A stretch of 34,093 nucleotides of DNA from a virus (lineage: Duplodnaviria; Caudoviricetes), in the IMG/VR virus record IMGVR_UViG_3300037424_001480, positions 1-34,093 of that record, one strand, 5' to 3'. A model generated the notes under the pieces. That model did no database searches. It was not told the origin of the DNA and was given only the letters and a program-made list of their open reading frames with translations. The position numbers and the translations under genes were made by a program. The first letter of the stretch is position 1. Each line of letters starts with the position of its first letter. This document shows positions 7,223-15,086 of the stretch, piece by piece.

Positions 7223-8822
7223 CGTTCGTTTTGGACGGCATGTTGCGGATTTGCCGGTAGAACTGGAGTTTGGCGAGTGGGGGACGCTGGAAACGGTGCA
7301 GGCGCTGGATTTGTTCGAGGACGCGCACACGTATTTTGATCAGGAGGCGGTGCAGAAGGCGGAGAAGGCGCGCAAGTTGTATATCCAGGCAGCCTGGCAG
7401 TATTACGACGGCTGGCACAAGAAGCCGCTGGTCGTCCGGCCCGGCGAGCGAGACGATAATATCCTGCTCAATTTTTGCCGGGTGTTGGTGAATGATGCGG
7501 TGGCCTGGCTGTTTGGGCATCCAGAGACCGGCGTGCTGCAATTCGAAGTGGACGAACCCGGCGTGCCGGAGGATGTCGAAGACGCCGAAGTGATCGAGGA
7601 CGCGACCCTGTCCGGACTGGAGCAGGCGATTGTGCTACTGGAGGGCGTGTACACGTCCTCGGGCGGGTTCGTCTTCTTCCAACGTTGGGGGATGCAGGGG
7701 ACGGTGGCCGGACATTTTTTCATCAAGCTGGTTCCTCGCAAAAATCCGGGCAGCGCCGATCCTACGCAGGGGGAGTTGATGACGCTCGATGTCGCCCACC
7801 CCGCCCGGCTGGTGGTGCTGGACCCTGAGCAGGTGAGCGTGATGACCGATCCGGTAGATATCACCCGCCCGGTGGCGTTCAAAATCGAGTGGGAGCGGAC
7901 GATTAAGGAGGATGGCCGGAAGAATACATATTTGTACCGGCAACTGGTTGTCCGGCAGGATAAGTCCGAAGGCGACCCCGAAGCCTGGGTGGTGGCCGAT
8001 TTCCGCGCCAAGAAGCAGTTCCGCAAGCGGGCATGGGAGCTAGTCAACGGGCCGTTTGCCTGGCCGTGGAACTGGTGCCCGATCGTGGACGGGCCGAACC
8101 TGGTGCATGGAAAACGCTACTGGGGGCTGACGGATTTGGAGGACGTGACCGGGGTGAACGATGCGATCAATTTCTCGGCCTCCAACACAGGCCGGATTTT
8201 GAATATCCATGGCCACCCGAAGACGGTGGGGACGGGGTTCACGGCTGACGAGGTGCAGGATACGTCCATCGATTCGATGTGGACGATCCCCAGTGCCGAG
8301 GCGAAGGTGCAAAACCTGGAGATGGAATCGGACCTGACGGCGGCGCAGAATTTCATTGAACTATTGAAGATGGCGTTTTGGACGATTGGGAGGGGGTTGG
8401 ATTTGAGTGTGTTCAAGGACAGGATCGGGCAGGTGACGAATTTCGGGCTGCGGATATTGGCACACCGCGCCCTGACCAAAAATGGGGATAAGCGGATTTT
8501 GTATGGGGCGGCCTTGACTAAAATCAATGCTCATCTGCTGGAGATGGGGGGATTGAAGGGCTTCACCACTTCGGTGAAATGGCCGGACCCGCTGCCGGAT
8601 GATCCGCAGATGACGGTGAATGTTCAAAAGTCCGAGAAGGAGATGGGATTAGTTTCGAGGCAAACCCTGGCCGAGGAGCGGGGCCGGTCGTGGGTGGTGG
8701 AGAAAAAGCGGATGGAGGAGGAGGGGAAGGAGCGGATGAATCTGGGTAAGTTCCTGACGGATCAGTTTGATCGAGGGGTTGGAGATGGAGAGGAGGCTGA
8801 AGAAGATGGTCAAGACTCTTAA
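7212..8822 (+). CDS. Portal protein (SPP1 gp6-like)
   Basis: About 536 aa after terminase; WQYYDGWH, NFCRVLVNDAVAWLFG, WGLTDLE, V.WPDPLP and LVSRQT motifs; GGAGG RBS. Confidence 0.9.
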   Translation: MADDVRFGRHVADLPVELEFGEWGTLETVQALDLFEDAHTYFDQEAVQKAEKARKLYIQAAWQYYDGWHKKPLVVRPGERDDNILLNFCRVLVNDAVAWLFGHPETGVLQFEVDEPGVPEDVEDAEVIEDATLSGLEQAIVLLEGVYTSSGGFVFFQRWGMQGTVAGHFFIKLVPRKNPGSADPTQGELMTLDVAHPARLVVLDPEQVSVMTDPVDITRPVAFKIEWERTIKEDGRKNTYLYRQLVVRQDKSEGDPEAWVVADFRAKKQFRKRAWELVNGPFAWPWNWCPIVDGPNLVHGKRYWGLTDLEDVTGVNDAINFSASNTGRILNIHGHPKTVGTGFTADEVQDTSIDSMWTIPSAEAKVQNLEMESDLTAAQNFIELLKMAFWTIGRGLDLSVFKDRIGQVTNFGLRILAHRALTKNGDKRILYGAALTKINAHLLEMGGLKGFTTSVKWPDPLPDDPQMTVNVQKSEKEMGLVSRQTLAEERGRSWVVEKKRMEEEGKERMNLGKFLTDQFDRGVGDGEEAEEDGQDS

Positions 8823-9042
8823 GGCAATAAACATTGCCTTTATTGCTCCGCTTGTATTTCCGGCTCGGATAGCCATCCGTATCGCTCAGGAAGCGGCAGA
8901 TTTTGAAACCGAGGTCATCAGACTTAGGGTACTGACTGGACAGACTAAGGAGGAAACAAAGGCTGTTATTAATCAATCACCTGGCCTTACCAAATTAGAC
9001 GCAGCGCGACGGCTGCGGGAAGCAATGGAGTTGATACTATGA
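8806..9042 (+). CDS. Small protein resembling a tape-measure N-terminal fragment
   Basis: AGGAGG RBS; IAPL.......AADFETEVIRLRVLTGQTKEE. Confidence 0.55.
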   Translation: MVKTLKAINIAFIAPLVFPARIAIRIAQEAADFETEVIRLRVLTGQTKEETKAVINQSPGLTKLDAARRLREAMELIL

Positions 9043-9347
9043 AGATTCCGATCAAAAATTTACGGCCATGTGACAACTGCGGAGAGCCTATTGCTCCGGT
9101 GTTTTATGTGGTGAGAGTTCAGCAGGCGGTCATCAATTACAACTCCTTGCGGTCGCACATGGGACTGGCGCTGATGTTTAACGGGAACAATGCGCTGGCT
9201 GATGTTTTCAATCCTGGTTCGGACCAAGGGGCGGAGACACTTGACGACGACAAAGAATATTTCGTCTGCCAGGGGTGCGTTATTGAGAATGAATTACTGA
9301 GAAAACTGGTGTTCCAGGATGAAGAAAGTGACCAACCAACCGACTGA
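9039..9347 (+). CDS. Hypothetical Zn-binding protein
   Basis: CDNC and CQGC; ATGA overlap with upstream gene. Confidence 0.65.
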   Translation: MKIPIKNLRPCDNCGEPIAPVFYVVRVQQAVINYNSLRSHMGLALMFNGNNALADVFNPGSDQGAETLDDDKEYFVCQGCVIENELLRKLVFQDEESDQPTD

Positions 9348-9777
9348 CGAGTCGACCGGATTCGATATGTCGCCTAAAAACCAGGCGACTACTCAACCGG
9401 CTTTGCAACCCCGCATGGTGAGTATTTATGAGCTGCGGGCGAAGCTGATGACGTTGATGCAGGGCTATGCGTGGGCAGAAGATGCGCTGATGGATTTGTG
9501 GAAGTTGGGCGCGCCGGACCCCTCGCCAGCTTCAATACCCTGTGGACTGGCCTTTGGCCCGCACGCCTGCGCGAAGGCCATGAACGGGCAGGCTCGCTGT
9601 GGGATTTATGGGTGTGCGCGGGAGAAACGGATTCTGCTGCCCACCCAGTTTGAGAAGTGGTGGGGAGACGTGGCGAAACGGCAGGGGTCGGAGTTCCTGG
9701 CGCGGGATATTTTGAAGCCGGGGGTTGATTCTGGTTCAACACGGAGTACACGGAGAGCACGGAGAAGGAAGAGATGA
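9319..9777 (+). CDS. Hypothetical protein
   Basis: 152 aa, Cys cluster, basic tail; overlaps both neighbours. Confidence 0.6.
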   Translation: MKKVTNQPTDESTGFDMSPKNQATTQPALQPRMVSIYELRAKLMTLMQGYAWAEDALMDLWKLGAPDPSPASIPCGLAFGPHACAKAMNGQARCGIYGCAREKRILLPTQFEKWWGDVAKRQGSEFLARDILKPGVDSGSTRSTRRARRRKR

Positions 9778-10097
9778 ATCTTTCCGCAAATCAACAAGAC
9801 GAGAAAATCAAAATCTTAGGCTACTATTACGATATGGTCGAAGATGGGGATTATGACTCCACCGGTGCGTTTGGCCGGATGAATCCAAAAATTCACAAGA
9901 TTCAGATTGCCTCGGATTTATGCCAGCAGGAAAAGGAAACGACCGTGTTGCATGAAATCATCGAATCTATCAATTACCACCTGGAATTGAAACTAGAGCA
10001 TCCAGTCATTATGAGTCTGGAGGCATCTTTGTACCAGGCCTTGACGGATAATGGAGTCAGTCTGGCTCCGTTGACGCGATTTATCAAGCCGAAATGA
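9774..10097 (+). CDS. Zincin-like (HExxH-variant) phage protein
   Basis: G......I.I..DL.Q..KETTVLHEIIESI; second His replaced by Glu. Confidence 0.6.
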   Translation: MNLSANQQDEKIKILGYYYDMVEDGDYDSTGAFGRMNPKIHKIQIASDLCQQEKETTVLHEIIESINYHLELKLEHPVIMSLEASLYQALTDNGVSLAPLTRFIKPK

Positions 10098-12184
10098 CCT
10101 TTCCGATCCCTCCTGACTTTCCGGTTGAAGATCATCCGATCTTTAAGGCGATGATTGCAGCGCGGCGACGGCTGCTGCGCCGGGACGCGGCTGCGCTCCG
10201 GGAACTGGCGGGGATGTACGAAAAGGCGTTGACCCGATTGAGGGTTGACCGGAACGCGCTGTTGAAGGTGATCCGGGAGGTGGGGCCGGATCGGAATCAG
10301 TTGATCCGGCTGGCGTCGTTCGAGAATCTAATTCAGGGTGTCCAGCGTGAGATGGGAAATCTGGCGAAGGAGATGGCCGGGAAGCTGGCTGATGAGATCG
10401 CTGTGGAACTGGCGAAGGCTGCCGAAGATGGGTTACTGCTAGTGCAGCGGGCGCTGCCGGGCCTGGAGGCGGCATACATCAAGGGTAAATGGGTGTTTTT
10501 GAACCCGGATCAAGTGACGACGATGTTCGGGTTTCTGGATACCGACGGCCCGCTGATTGCGGGAATTCGCACAAACTACGGGTCGGCCATGGCTGAGTTC
10601 GTGCGCGAGGCGATTGCGACAGGCTTCATCTCCGGCATGAACCCGCGCGATGTAGCACGGTTGATCAATGGGGCGATGGGGGAGGGGCTGCACTGGGCGA
10701 TGGTAACTGCCCGGACGGCACATTTGTGGGCGTACCGGGCGGCGAACCATCAAAGTTTCCTTAATAATTCGTGGGTGGTGCAGTCGTGGATTTGGTTTGC
10801 CCAGTTGGACGACCGCGTGTGTATGAGCTGCGTGGCCGAGCATGGGAGCGAACATCCGCTGACGGAAATTTTAGGGGATCATCACCAAGGAAGATGTATA
10901 GCTGGTGATACCATTGTCTCAGGCCCGGCGACTATGAGCCTGATATCCCGGTATTATCAGGGTGATCTCGTCATCATTCGCACTGCCAGTGGAAAGCTCC
11001 TGTCCGTCACCCCGAATCACCCAATATTGACGAGTCGCGGCTGGCTGGCTGCGGGTATCTTGCAGGCGGGAGATAATGTAATCGGCTACACTCTCGACGA
11101 GGGGGCTGCGCGTCGCATTGACCCAAACAAATATCAAGTGCCAACCCTGATCGAAGATATAGCGCGCACGCCGGGCATGCTTCGGCTTGGAAGCGTGCCA
11201 ACCACCCCCGAAGATTTCCACGGCGACGGGTGCGGCTCCGATGTCTACGTTGTATGGGCCAATCGCTTGCTGAGCGATACACTCAACGCCGCGCATAGTG
11301 AGCCAATTTTTGAGCAGGGCTTCAGTGGGGGAAACGCTGATCTCCCGCTCCTGTCGGGTTCGAGCGGCCTTGATTTGTTGAGCGAGCGGCATGGGTTTTC
11401 CCCGTATAGCGTCCTGCGCGAACTTAATCCGCCTGCGATGCTCATCGATAGGGGTTTGTTCGGCCAGCAACCGGTTGGCGTCCGTGCTGCCTCGCATGGG
11501 AACTTCCGCAGCATCTATGCGGTTCCTGATGGCTGTACGAGACACGTCGAATTGTTTGGCGAGAGAATTGGCAGAGTGCCCTTCGATGTAGAGTCTAACA
11601 ATCTCATCATCGGGCAGGCCGGCCTTCGCCCGTTGGGTGGCCCGGTTTTTTTCTCCGACAATTTGATAACGGACCGCGCGCGCGCGCAACAACCCGCGTC
11701 GCTTGAGTTCATGCGCGAGACGCTCACCGCTGGTGTGGAAAAAGGCGGCGGCCTTCTCGGCGCTCTCGCCAGTCAGATAGAGTTGGATAGCATTCTCGAA
11801 GTCAATGTCACTCACTTTAGTGGGCATGTTTATAATCTCCATAATGCGGAAGGGTGGTACAACGCCAATGGTATTGTAACACACAACTGCACACCCATGC
11901 CACATACTAAGAGTTATGCGGAGTTGGGGTTTCCGGATATCCTGGATTTAAGGCCGGTAGTCGAGAAGGGGGAGGTGTGGTTTGGGAAACAGCCGTCTGG
12001 TGTTCAACGGCTATTAATGGGGCCTGGGAAGTTGAGCGCGTGGAAGGCCGGGCAGTTCGATTTTAGTCAATTGACGGTGCCATATCAGGACCCGGTGTAT
12101 GGGAGGATGCTGAAGGAGAATTCTTTGAAAGGGATTCTCGGCGCGGACCTGGCGCAGTTGTTTTATGGAGGCAAAAAGCCGTGA
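10094..12184 (+). CDS. MuF/SPP1 gp7-like minor head protein precursor containing an intein (365 aa after splicing)
   Basis: ARTAH, W.W.AQLDDRVCMSC..EHG, and spliced junction DHHQGR|CTPMP matching the MuF H.x.x.RC..P motif. Confidence 0.9.
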   Translation: MTFPIPPDFPVEDHPIFKAMIAARRRLLRRDAAALRELAGMYEKALTRLRVDRNALLKVIREVGPDRNQLIRLASFENLIQGVQREMGNLAKEMAGKLADEIAVELAKAAEDGLLLVQRALPGLEAAYIKGKWVFLNPDQVTTMFGFLDTDGPLIAGIRTNYGSAMAEFVREAIATGFISGMNPRDVARLINGAMGEGLHWAMVTARTAHLWAYRAANHQSFLNNSWVVQSWIWFAQLDDRVCMSCVAEHGSEHPLTEILGDHHQGRCIAGDTIVSGPATMSLISRYYQGDLVIIRTASGKLLSVTPNHPILTSRGWLAAGILQAGDNVIGYTLDEGAARRIDPNKYQVPTLIEDIARTPGMLRLGSVPTTPEDFHGDGCGSDVYVVWANRLLSDTLNAAHSEPIFEQGFSGGNADLPLLSGSSGLDLLSERHGFSPYSVLRELNPPAMLIDRGLFGQQPVGVRAASHGNFRSIYAVPDGCTRHVELFGERIGRVPFDVESNNLIIGQAGLRPLGGPVFFSDNLITDRARAQQPASLEFMRETLTAGVEKGGGLLGALASQIELDSILEVNVTHFSGHVYNLHNAEGWYNANGIVTHNCTPMPHTKSYAELGFPDILDLRPVVEKGEVWFGKQPSGVQRLLMGPGKLSAWKAGQFDFSQLTVPYQDPVYGRMLKENSLKGILGADLAQLFYGGKKP
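10919..11827 (-). CDS. Putative homing endonuclease: two HTH repeats plus Vsr/DUF559-type PD-(D/E)xK nuclease, antisense inside the intein
   Basis: 302 aa; GGAG RBS before ATG 11827; HTHs AIQLYLTGESAEKAAAFF and IVRLYIEGHSANSLAKQFDVSRTAIRNRI; nuclease SPTE..L..WL...G....QQAIGPYNVDI....VAVEIFGGGWH...R..I...GWHLIFVW. Confidence 0.85.
   Translation of the reverse strand: MPTKVSDIDFENAIQLYLTGESAEKAAAFFHTSGERLAHELKRRGLLRARAVRYQIVGEKNRATQRAKAGLPDDEIVRLYIEGHSANSLAKQFDVSRTAIRNRIDAAEVPMRGSTDANRLLAEQTPIDEHRRRIKFAQDAIRGKPMPLAQQIKAARTRQEREISVSPTEALLKNWLTMRGVECIAQQAIGPYNVDIGAAPVAVEIFGGGWHASKPKHARRARYIFDQGWHLIFVWVNATRSPLVESVADYIISRLQDTRSQPAATRQYWVIRGDGQELSTGSANDDEITLIIPGYQAHSRRA
11873..11883 (-). promoter_or_regulatory. 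Putative extended -10 promoter for the antisense endonuclease
   Basis: Minus strand TGTG-T-TACAAT, 45 nt upstream of the ATG; no convincing -35. Confidence 0.45.
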
Positions 12185-12432
12185 GTATCAGCACCACATT
12201 ACCCCCCGTTCAAATTGATGGCTTCGACACTTTACAGTTTCACGAATCGGTAGCGGCTTTTCGTGAGGGGATCAGCGAACATTTGGAGATGATGGCGGCG
12301 GCTTTTTTGAAGGCAACGGACATTCCACCGGAAGAATGCCATCTTGTTGTGCAGGCATTTCCGGAGAAAAATACGATGGTTTATTATTTTGAACGGCGTA
12401 ATCTGGGAGAGAATGAATATGCAACAAAATAA
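12181..12432 (+). CDS. Hypothetical protein
   Basis: GGAGG RBS, GTGA overlap with the MuF stop, 83 aa. Confidence 0.6.
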   Translation: MSISTTLPPVQIDGFDTLQFHESVAAFREGISEHLEMMAAAFLKATDIPPEECHLVVQAFPEKNTMVYYFERRNLGENEYATK

Positions 12433-12646
12433 GACTACCGAACTATTGAGTGAGGCTGAGTTGAAATTTATCCGGCGGTTGCGTGGCTTGCACGCCGGGA
12501 GTCATTTGATTATAATTATCATCAATGGCGAGGGAGTTGCTTCGCTTTCGATTTTGAATTCTGGAAAGTTCGAGCGGCTTCAAGCGGAGGGAAGACCTCC
12601 GCCGTCGCCATCACAATCCATACAACCAGGAACGACTGCACTCTAA
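12413..12646 (+). CDS. Small hypothetical protein preceding a structured RNA
   Basis: GGGAG RBS; helix then beta-rich SHLIIIIINGEGV. Confidence 0.5.
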   Translation: MNMQQNKTTELLSEAELKFIRRLRGLHAGSHLIIIIINGEGVASLSILNSGKFERLQAEGRPPPSPSQSIQPGTTAL

Positions 12647-12660
12647 TTGTTTCTGGAATT

Positions 12661-12813
12661 GCCGGGATACCACCGGCAGGCTGTCGGACGCCCCACCCCG
12701 TCCCTCCCCCTTTGCTGCTGGAGAAACGATTTCTCCGTAGAAAACGGGGAGGGGGAAGAGAAGGTAAACACACGGCCACCAAGATCATGTGATCTTGGTG
12801 GCCGTTTTTGTTT
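12661..12813 (+). promoter_or_regulatory. Structured leader/attenuator, copy A, ending in an intrinsic terminator
   Basis: 33-nt 5' block is 31/33 identical to 26972-27004; perfect stem ACGGCCACCAAGATC/GATCTTGGTGGCCGT 12772-12805 followed by TTTTGTTT. Confidence 0.75.
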
Positions 12814-12840
12814 AAGTTTTTGTAAAGTGTACCCATCCTC

Positions 12841-13383
12841 ATGCACCCACTTCGCACCCAGGCCGTCAAAGGCCACACCAACCTTTTGAAAGCGGTCAAT
12901 CTGTCTGCCGATGAGATGCAGGCGTATAGCGACCGGATTCAAAAGCTGGCTAAACACGCGCCGGAGTTGACGGCGCTGTGTGATTTCACGGCCACGATCC
13001 AGGTACGGCGGCTGCTCAAGGTCCCGCCCAAGTCGTGGCAGGTGCTCGAAGTCCGCTGGTGCGGCCAGATGTTGGCGCGGATGGCTGAGTTGAAGAAAAC
13101 GACCGGCGACGCGGCCACGCTGGCATTGGTTTGCCTGGGGCATGCGAGCGATGAACTCCCGGCTGCTCTGGCTATATTGGAAAATCCGCCCCAAACTGAG
13201 GCGGAAAATCCAGTCCCTGTGACCAGCGGGAAGGCCAGATCCAAGGCCGCCCCACCCCTGGCCCCTCCCCTTTTGTCGCTAAAGCGAAAAATGGGGAGGG
13301 GGGAAGAAGACGAACTCGACCCCGAGACCGAGGCCCAGCTTGCTAAACTCAAAAAGCAAGTCGAAGCCGAGGCCGGGGCTTGA
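12841..13383 (+). CDS. Hypothetical protein upstream of scaffold
   Basis: 180 aa; contains an in-frame palindromic insert at about 13251-13301; RBS not obvious. Confidence 0.6.
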   Translation: MHPLRTQAVKGHTNLLKAVNLSADEMQAYSDRIQKLAKHAPELTALCDFTATIQVRRLLKVPPKSWQVLEVRWCGQMLARMAELKKTTGDAATLALVCLGHASDELPAALAILENPPQTEAENPVPVTSGKARSKAAPPLAPPLLSLKRKMGRGEEDELDPETEAQLAKLKKQVEAEAGA

Positions 13384-13427
13384 TTTATTCCTTACGCCAC
13401 GCAAGCGGTTAATTGCGGGAGGTTTCC

Positions 13428-14207
13428 ATGTTTGTTCCAGCACATTTCAATTGGCATGACCTGCTCAGATATGAGAAGGAAGATGGCGGAGGTGGAACTC
13501 CACCTCCTGCTACCGATCCGCCCGCGGCTACTCCCCCCGCCGTTCCCCCCACGTCTGGGGACCCCAAAGACGGAAAAGGCGAGGGTGACGGTGACTTGCT
13601 GAAGTTCACTTCAGTACAACTCAAGGAACGGCTCGACCGGGCGAAGGAATCGGAGCTTTCTTCTATACTCAAGACCCTTGGGGTTTCGAGCGTGGAAGAT
13701 GCTAAAAAACTTCTCAAGGATGGGCAGGATGCGCTGCGGGCCAGGATGTCGGAGCAGGAAAAGCTCCAGGCAGACCTGGCGGCGGCGCAGCAAGCGACCC
13801 AGGAGGCCGCTGATCGTGCAACCAAAGCGGAGACTGCGGCGACGCAGGCCCGCCTGGAAGCCAGTGCGCTGAGCCTGATGGCCGGGAAGTTTGCCAATCC
13901 CAAAGCGGCCCTGAAATTGCTGGAACTGACAAGTGTAGACCTCGCCGATCCCAAATTCCCCGGTTTGCCGGAGGCGGTTGAAAAACTGGCCAAGGACGAA
14001 CCCTGGACTTTACTAACCAATCATAAAACTGGCAAACCGCTTGTACCCAACCTCGGCCCAACCAACCCGGAAACGACCGGGAAGCCGGCCATAACCGACG
14101 CAGAACGCCACCAGCGTTACTTTGGCGGCGGCGTCAAAAACTCCAGCTTCTTCCAAGGAGGCGGAGTGAAGGTGTCAGGCGGCAGCCAGAAGATAGGTGG
14201 AGCATAA
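13428..14207 (+). CDS. Capsid scaffolding protein
   Basis: GGAGG RBS; Pro-rich N-terminus, FTSVQLKERLDRAK, coiled coil, VEKLAKDEPWTL; directly before the capsid gene. Confidence 0.85.
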   Translation: MFVPAHFNWHDLLRYEKEDGGGGTPPPATDPPAATPPAVPPTSGDPKDGKGEGDGDLLKFTSVQLKERLDRAKESELSSILKTLGVSSVEDAKKLLKDGQDALRARMSEQEKLQADLAAAQQATQEAADRATKAETAATQARLEASALSLMAGKFANPKAALKLLELTSVDLADPKFPGLPEAVEKLAKDEPWTLLTNHKTGKPLVPNLGPTNPETTGKPAITDAERHQRYFGGGVKNSSFFQGGGVKVSGGSQKIGGA

Positions 14208-14228
14208 CGCCTCCACCTGGAGGATATC

Positions 14229-15074
14229 ATGGCTATTACGACCACTGACGACCTCAACAGCCTGTTCAATCTGATCTACGACGATGCCCTGTTCGTCGCC
14301 AGGGAGACCAACATCATGGTCGGCCTGGTGCGAAATTTCAATGCGACCGGCTACATGCAGCGCAAGGGCAGCATCCGCCCTCAGATTACGGCTGTTGAAA
14401 AACCCGAGGGTGTGGACTTCGCGAACCCGACTACGTTCGGCAGGTCTTTGAAGTACACGCTGACCCCGACGGTGAAAATGGCGCAAGCGCTGCTCACCGA
14501 TGAGGACGTGCAAACCGACCCCGATAATGCCGTACAGGATTGTGCGGCGGAACTGGGCGGGGCGATGGCAACCAAAATTGACGTGGACCTGGTGGGACTA
14601 TTTTCCGGTTTTTCGGCCGGGAAGGCTTCGGCCGGCAACGCCCTGACTATTGCCAATTGCGCCGCGGCCATTTCGGTCTTACGTACCAATAAAACCCCCA
14701 ACCCCCTGTACTTCATGCTGCATCCCTACGGCTGGCACGATGTCTGGGTGGAGCTGGGGCAGCCAGGGGCAAACCAGGCCTTCCTGGGCGACATCGCCAA
14801 TCAGGCTCTGCGGAGCTTTTTTGTGGGGGCGTTCCTGGCCGCGAACTGGTTTACGAACGCGAACATCACGATTGATGCGAACGCAGATGCTATCGGGGCG
14901 GTGTTCAGCCCGCAATCGCTCGGCTTCGACGAACGAGAAGCCCCCAGCCTCGAACCGGAGCGCGATGCCAGCCGCAAAGCTACCGAACTCAATCTGAGCG
15001 CGGGATATGCGGTCGGCGAATTGCGCGACGAGTACGGCGTCAAGCTCACGCATGACGCTACAGAGCCGACTTAA
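14229..15074 (+). CDS. Major capsid protein
   Basis: 281 aa after scaffold; strong RBS; ELGGAMATKIDVDL, MLHP, ERDASRKATEL...GYAVGELRDEYGV patterns. Confidence 0.88.
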   Translation: MAITTTDDLNSLFNLIYDDALFVARETNIMVGLVRNFNATGYMQRKGSIRPQITAVEKPEGVDFANPTTFGRSLKYTLTPTVKMAQALLTDEDVQTDPDNAVQDCAAELGGAMATKIDVDLVGLFSGFSAGKASAGNALTIANCAAAISVLRTNKTPNPLYFMLHPYGWHDVWVELGQPGANQAFLGDIANQALRSFFVGAFLAANWFTNANITIDANADAIGAVFSPQSLGFDEREAPSLEPERDASRKATELNLSAGYAVGELRDEYGVKLTHDATEPT

Positions 15075-15086
15075 GGAGACACTGAA

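Larger units (their letters stand above)
10895..11887 (+). mobile_element. Intein, 331 aa (precursor aa 268-598)
   Basis: Block A CIAGDTIV, block B LSVTPNHPILTSRGWLAAGILQAGD, block F FSGHVYNLHN, block G YNANGIVTHN followed by +1 Cys. Confidence 0.93.

Noticed and set aside
4687-8527. Long antisense ORFs over terminase and portal (e.g. 4687..5343, 7403..8047)
   Set aside because: Typical GC-rich shadow ORFs with no domain signature, unlike 10919..11827
9738-9762. CACGGAG x3 tandem repeat
   Set aside because: A real short repeat at a gene end, but isolated in this window and with no evident function
11828-11905. 26-aa N-terminal extension of the antisense endonuclease in the track
   Set aside because: The RBS and putative promoter lie within this stretch, favouring ATG 11827
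12522-13194. Minus-strand ORFs and + ORF 12647..12889 over the structured RNA
   Set aside because: No recognisable motifs or RBS; explained by GC-rich palindromes and shadow frames
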